Part shown: piece by piece, positions 59,583 to 64,000 of the stretch
Layout of the letters: every line of letters starts with the position of its first letter
How positions within the stretch are numbered: the first letter of the stretch is position 1
Made by a program: the position numbers and the translations under genes
The notes under the pieces: generated by a model
Told to the model about the DNA's origin: nothing
What the model saw: only the letters and a program-made list of their open reading frames with translations
Database searches by the model: none
NCBI GenBank assembly: GCA_023412855.1
Contig: JAEZRJ010000080.1
Span: forward strand, 14,512 to 78,511
Source of the DNA: Bacillota bacterium
Lineage (GTDB): Bacteria; Bacillota; Clostridia; Lachnospirales; Lachnospiraceae
Direction of reading: 5' to 3'
Length of the DNA: 64,000 nt

Positions 59583-60713
59583 ATGCCGGTATTGCAATTG
59601 TTGATAAAACCGGTTTCGGGGTTATGCAATATGAAATGCAGCTATTGCTTTTATTGTGATATTGCAAGCAAAAGGGAGACAGCATCCTACGGTACTATGA
59701 AAATAGATACTTTAGAGAAAGTAATAGAAAAAGCATTGGATTATGCAGATCATACCTGCGGTTTTATTTTTCAGGGAGGTGAGCCTACCCTTGCAGGACT
59801 GGATTTCTTTGAAAAGGTGGTTGAACTGCAAAGGCAATATAATCATAAAGGAGTAAAAATACAGAATTCCATTCAGACAAATGGCTATGAGATGGATGAA
59901 AAGTGGTGTTATTTTTTGAAAAAGAATCATTTTCTTGTAGGGCTTTCTATAGACGGAATAAAGGCAACTCATGATATTTACAGAAGAACGAAGGGCGGAA
60001 AAGATACCTTTTTAGAGATAATAGATACGGCCTCCATGTTTGACAGAGTGGGAGTGGAATACAATGTTCTGACGGTGGTTCATAAAAGTACGGCTGTTAA
60101 GATACGCAGGATATATGAGTTTTATAAAAAAAGAGGATTTAAATATCAGCAGTACATTGCATGTCTGGACCCTGTGTTTGAAAAACAGGGTGCGGAAGAA
60201 TATTCTCTTACGCCGGAAATATACGGAGACTTTCTGAAAGAATTGTTTGATTTGTGGTATATTGATCTGCAGTGGGGACGCCAGCCTTATATCAGGCAGT
60301 TTGAAAATTATGTGGCAATTCTTCTTGGGTATCAGCCGGAAAGCTGTGAACAGAGAGGGATATGCGGTATTCAGCATGCGGTAGAAGCGGACGGTGAAGT
60401 ATACCCATGTGATTTTTACGTTTTGGATGATTATAAGCTTGGTAATTTAAACTACTGCGGCTTCCCTGACATTGCCGAAAAAAGAGAGGAAATAGGCTTT
60501 ATACGATCATCGTTGGACCACGATAAGGAGTGTAAAAAATGTTCCTATTTTCCATTGTGCCGCGGAGGGTGTGCAAGACATCGGCTGGAACTTCAGGACG
60601 GGAGCGGGAGGAGAAATTATTTCTGTCAGTCATATAAGATGTTTTTTGCGTACAGCATGGACAGACTGAATGATATAGCGCGGAAGATAAAGGAAAAGGA
60701 AAGAGGCAGATAG
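59583..60713 (+). CDS. Anaerobic sulfatase maturase (radical SAM/SPASM)
   Basis: IKPVSGLCNMKCSYCFY, FQGGEPTLAG, VYPCDFY, CKKC...CRGGC; adjacent to the sulfatase. Confidence 0.92.
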   Translation: MPVLQLLIKPVSGLCNMKCSYCFYCDIASKRETASYGTMKIDTLEKVIEKALDYADHTCGFIFQGGEPTLAGLDFFEKVVELQRQYNHKGVKIQNSIQTNGYEMDEKWCYFLKKNHFLVGLSIDGIKATHDIYRRTKGGKDTFLEIIDTASMFDRVGVEYNVLTVVHKSTAVKIRRIYEFYKKRGFKYQQYIACLDPVFEKQGAEEYSLTPEIYGDFLKELFDLWYIDLQWGRQPYIRQFENYVAILLGYQPESCEQRGICGIQHAVEADGEVYPCDFYVLDDYKLGNLNYCGFPDIAEKREEIGFIRSSLDHDKECKKCSYFPLCRGGCARHRLELQDGSGRRNYFCQSYKMFFAYSMDRLNDIARKIKEKERGR

Positions 60714-60716
60714 AAT

Positions 60717-61499
60717 ATGTATTTCTTATTTTTTATCATTAGCTTTTTAGCATCGATAATCGGTGCTATTTGCGGAATCGGCGGGGGTGTGATCATAAAG
60801 CCCGTTTTGGATGCGGCCGGATTAATGGAAGTAGGGGCAGTCAGTTTCTTGTCAGGGTGCACTGTATTATCCATGTCCTTCGTTTCCGTCGTACGTTCTT
60901 CGGGGAGCAAGGATAAAGTGATCGAGTGGAGAACAGGAACAGCGCTTGCTGCCGGAGCGGCAATAGGGGGAGCCGGGGGAAAAGAAATTTTTCAGTATGC
61001 CTACAGCCATTTTGCGGACAGCAGCCATGTCGGAGCCCTTCAGTCAGCAGTCCTTTTACTTGTGACGCTGCTCACTTTCGTATACACTTGGAATAAACAT
61101 AAAGTGAAAACTAACCATATAAGAAGTTTGTTTCTATGTGTTGTTATAGGATTGGCTCTCGGCCTTATGTCAGCATTTCTGGGTATTGGAGGAGGGCCGA
61201 TTAATTTGATGGTACTTTCTTTTTTCTTTTCCATGACAACGAAACAGGCGGCTGTCAATTCTTTATATATCATATTATTTTCGCAGTTTACCAGCTTGAT
61301 GAGTACGCTTGCGGGGAATACGGTACCTGAATTTCCCGTAAGTATTTTGGCATTTATGATTATGGGCGGAGTCTTGGGAGCACTTGCAGGAGGCAGAATT
61401 AACGAGCGGATTGCCGACAGACATGTGAGCAAGCTTTTTATGGTTCTGATGGCTGTTATAATGGGAATTAATATTTATAATATCCATATGTTTTTATGA
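60717..61499 (+). CDS. TauE/SafE family sulfite/sulfate exporter
   Basis: GAICGIGGGVIIKP and SAFLGIGGGPIN repeats, multiple TM helices. Confidence 0.85.
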   Translation: MYFLFFIISFLASIIGAICGIGGGVIIKPVLDAAGLMEVGAVSFLSGCTVLSMSFVSVVRSSGSKDKVIEWRTGTALAAGAAIGGAGGKEIFQYAYSHFADSSHVGALQSAVLLLVTLLTFVYTWNKHKVKTNHIRSLFLCVVIGLALGLMSAFLGIGGGPINLMVLSFFFSMTTKQAAVNSLYIILFSQFTSLMSTLAGNTVPEFPVSILAFMIMGGVLGALAGGRINERIADRHVSKLFMVLMAVIMGINIYNIHMFL

Positions 61500-61538
61500 A
61501 AAAAGGGCTTATGTAATATAAGGGCATATTTTTACCAA

Positions 61539-61567
61539 TTGCATGTATCCGGTTTTTACATTATAAT
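61539..61567 (+). promoter_or_regulatory. sigma-A promoter of the hydratase gene
   Basis: TTGCAT-N17-TATAAT upstream of AGGAGG RBS. Confidence 0.65.
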
Positions 61568-61604
61568 TGGAAAAGATAATCGAAAGAACGATAGGAGGAT
61601 ACGC

Positions 61605-63899
61605 ATGATACAATTATATGAAACTGGCGCATATCTGCTGAATGGAACGGAACTGATTCCCGATGATGGAAATGCACAGGCAGCAATCAAGAGTAAGACA
61701 GGTAAAAACATAAATAAAGAAGATGCGGCGAAGGAAACGATTGCCTATGGTATTTTGGAAGAGCACAATACTTCAGGCAACATGAATAAGCTGAAAATAA
61801 AATTCGATAAATTGACCTCCCATGATATTACATTTGTAGGCATTATACAGACGGCGCGCGCGTCCGGACTGGAGAAGTTTCCGGTTCCATATGTGCTGAC
61901 CAACTGTCATAATTCCCTTTGTGCGGTAGGAGGCACCATCAATGAAGATGATCACATGTTCGGCCTTTCCTGCGCGAAGAAATACGGCGGTGTGTATGTG
62001 CCCCCTCATCAGGCTGTTATCCACCAGTATGCGAGAGAGATGCTCGCAGGCGGAGGACGCATGATCCTTGGCTCGGATTCCCACACCCGTTACGGCGCGC
62101 TGGGAACCATGGCGATGGGAGAAGGCGGACCGGAGCTGGTGAAGCAGCTTTTGAACCAGACCTACGACATTAACATGCCGGAGGTGATCGGCGTCTATCT
62201 GGCCGGCGAGCCGGTAAAGGGCGTAGGACCTCAGGACGTGGCGCTTGCCATTATCGGCAAGGTATTTGCTAATGGATATGTAAAAAATAAAATAATGGAA
62301 TTCGTCGGACCGGGCGTGGATTCTTTAAGCGCAGATTTTAGGATCGGCATCGACGTAATGACGACGGAGACCACCTGCCTTTCCTCCATCTGGAAGACAG
62401 ATAAGGAAATCGAGGAGTTCTACGAGATACACGGCAGGAAAGAAGAGTATAAAGAGCTTGCGCCGGGCCAGACGGCATACTATGACGGTATGATCGTAGT
62501 AGACCTGAGTGCGGTCAGACCGATGATCGCAATGCCCTTCCATCCCAGCAACACTTATACGATTGAAGAGCTGAATGCCAATTTGGATGATATTCTCGAC
62601 GATGTAGAAAAAAAGGCGATTGTCAGTCTGGACGGAGCGGTTGATTTCACATTGAAGAATAAAGTGAAGAACGGCAAATTTTATGTGGACCAGGGTATTA
62701 TCGCAGGCTGTGCAGGCGGGGGATTTGAGAACATCTGCGCGGCAGCGGACATTCTGAAGGGGGCTTATATCGGTTCAGACGGATTTACCTTAAGCGTATA
62801 CCCCGCTTCCACGCCTATTTATATGGAGCTTATCAGGAACGGCTGTGCGGCATCGCTTATGGAGACAGGTGCGGTACTTAAGACGGCTTTCTGCGGCCCT
62901 TGCTTCGGTGCGGGCGATACGCCGGCGAACAACGCTTTCAGCATCCGGCATTCCACGAGAAACTTCCCGAACAGAGAAGGTTCCAAGCTGCAGAACGGAC
63001 AGATTTCTTCCGTCGCTCTGATGGATGCCCGTTCTATCGCAGCCACAAGCGCGAACAAGGGTATTCTTACGGCAGCTACAGACTTTGACGGAACGATCGG
63101 CAAATATAAATATCATTTTGATTCCAACATCTATGCGAACCGTGTATTCGATTCCAAGGGAGTGGCGGACCCCGACACAGAGATTCAATTCGGCCCTAAC
63201 ATCAAGGACTGGCCGATGATGGGAGCACTTCCTGAGAATCTGGTACTTCGCGTAGTTTCCGAGATACATGATACGGTTACCACGACGGACGAGCTGATTC
63301 CTTCCGGGGAGACATCTTCCTACCGTTCCAATCCTTTAGGGCTTGCAGAATTTACGCTGTCCAGAAAGGACCCTGCTTATGTGGGCCGTGCCAAGGATAT
63401 TCAAATGGCGCAGACGGCGGTTATGGAAGGCAAGTGCCCGCTTGAAGCAAAGCCGGAATTAAAGCCTGTAATGGCGGTCATCCATAAGGACTATCCCGAG
63501 GCAGGCGAAGGTAATATCGGCTTTGGTTCTACCATCTTTGCGGTAAAGCCGGGCGACGGCTCTGCCAGAGAACAGGCAGCTTCCTGCCAGAAGGTGCTCG
63601 GAGGCTGGGCGAATATCGCCAACGAATATGCTACGAAGAGATATCGTTCCAATCTGATCAACTGGGGTATGCTCCCTTTTATCATCAAAGAAGATCATAA
63701 AAAGCTTCCTTTTAAGAATCTGGATTATATTTTCATACCTGATATTAAGAAGGCGGTAGAGGAAAAAGCGGACAGCATCGCAGCCTTTGCAGTAGGAGAA
63801 AGCGATATGGTAAGGTTCGAGCTGTCGTTAGGAGAGCTTACCGATGAAGAACGTCAGATCATTCTGAGGGGCTGTCTGATTAATTATAACAGGGTTTAG
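61605..63899 (+). CDS. Aconitase-family [4Fe-4S] hydratase (YbhJ-like)
   Basis: [73 protein letters not shown]. Confidence 0.9.
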   Translation: MIQLYETGAYLLNGTELIPDDGNAQAAIKSKTGKNINKEDAAKETIAYGILEEHNTSGNMNKLKIKFDKLTSHDITFVGIIQTARASGLEKFPVPYVLTNCHNSLCAVGGTINEDDHMFGLSCAKKYGGVYVPPHQAVIHQYAREMLAGGGRMILGSDSHTRYGALGTMAMGEGGPELVKQLLNQTYDINMPEVIGVYLAGEPVKGVGPQDVALAIIGKVFANGYVKNKIMEFVGPGVDSLSADFRIGIDVMTTETTCLSSIWKTDKEIEEFYEIHGRKEEYKELAPGQTAYYDGMIVVDLSAVRPMIAMPFHPSNTYTIEELNANLDDILDDVEKKAIVSLDGAVDFTLKNKVKNGKFYVDQGIIAGCAGGGFENICAAADILKGAYIGSDGFTLSVYPASTPIYMELIRNGCAASLMETGAVLKTAFCGPCFGAGDTPANNAFSIRHSTRNFPNREGSKLQNGQISSVALMDARSIAATSANKGILTAATDFDGTIGKYKYHFDSNIYANRVFDSKGVADPDTEIQFGPNIKDWPMMGALPENLVLRVVSEIHDTVTTTDELIPSGETSSYRSNPLGLAEFTLSRKDPAYVGRAKDIQMAQTAVMEGKCPLEAKPELKPVMAVIHKDYPEAGEGNIGFGSTIFAVKPGDGSAREQAASCQKVLGGWANIANEYATKRYRSNLINWGMLPFIIKEDHKKLPFKNLDYIFIPDIKKAVEEKADSIAAFAVGESDMVRFELSLGELTDEERQIILRGCLINYNRV

Positions 63900-63932
63900 T
63901 AAAGTATTTCTGTGAATATCCGATATATTATG

Positions 63933-63970
63933 TGCAGGGCAAAGTGCTTCGGCCGAGAACTTGCCCTGCA
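63933..63970 (+). terminator. Stem-loop after the hydratase gene
   Basis: TGCAGGGCAA / TTGCCCTGCA; no clear U-tract. Confidence 0.45.
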
Positions 63971-64000
63971 ATATAACATCGTTGAGCCACGGATGGTATT

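Overview
64 kb of a spore-forming, low-GC Firmicute chromosome; gene content and style suggest Lachnospiraceae (inference). Housekeeping genes (amidase, yjbQ, PadR/DUF1700/DUF4097 operon, ArsC/Spx-like, spoVT, degV, pncB, T-box + ileS, glgP, aconitase-family hydratase) alternate with three carbohydrate loci. (1) ~1.8-20.6 kb: an AT-richer xylo-oligosaccharide locus with two esterases, a YesM/YesN-type two-component system, an ABC transporter with two paralogous binding proteins, two GH43, a chemoreceptor and a GH8 Rex. (2) ~35.7-46.9 kb: a galactose-type (Mgl) ABC locus with a co-regulated chemoreceptor, a two-component system and two extra membrane-anchored binding proteins. (3) ~47.2-61.5 kb: an AraC-controlled locus for probably sulfated Gal-beta1,3-HexNAc, comprising an ABC transporter, an unlisted 58-aa membrane protein, GH112 phosphorylase, sulfatase, anaerobic sulfatase maturase and TauE exporter, plus a nucleotidyltransferase-PPK2-HexNAc 1-kinase block sharing the same promoter motif. 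Non-coding highlights: a ~115-bp highly structured repeat in three copies, with compensatory base changes and abutting intrinsic terminators; a collapsed glgP relic stitched from three segments at microhomologies; a 5'-truncated yjbQ paralogue; and several operator motifs readable from the DNA. No rRNA, tRNA, CRISPR array, transposase or integrase was seen.
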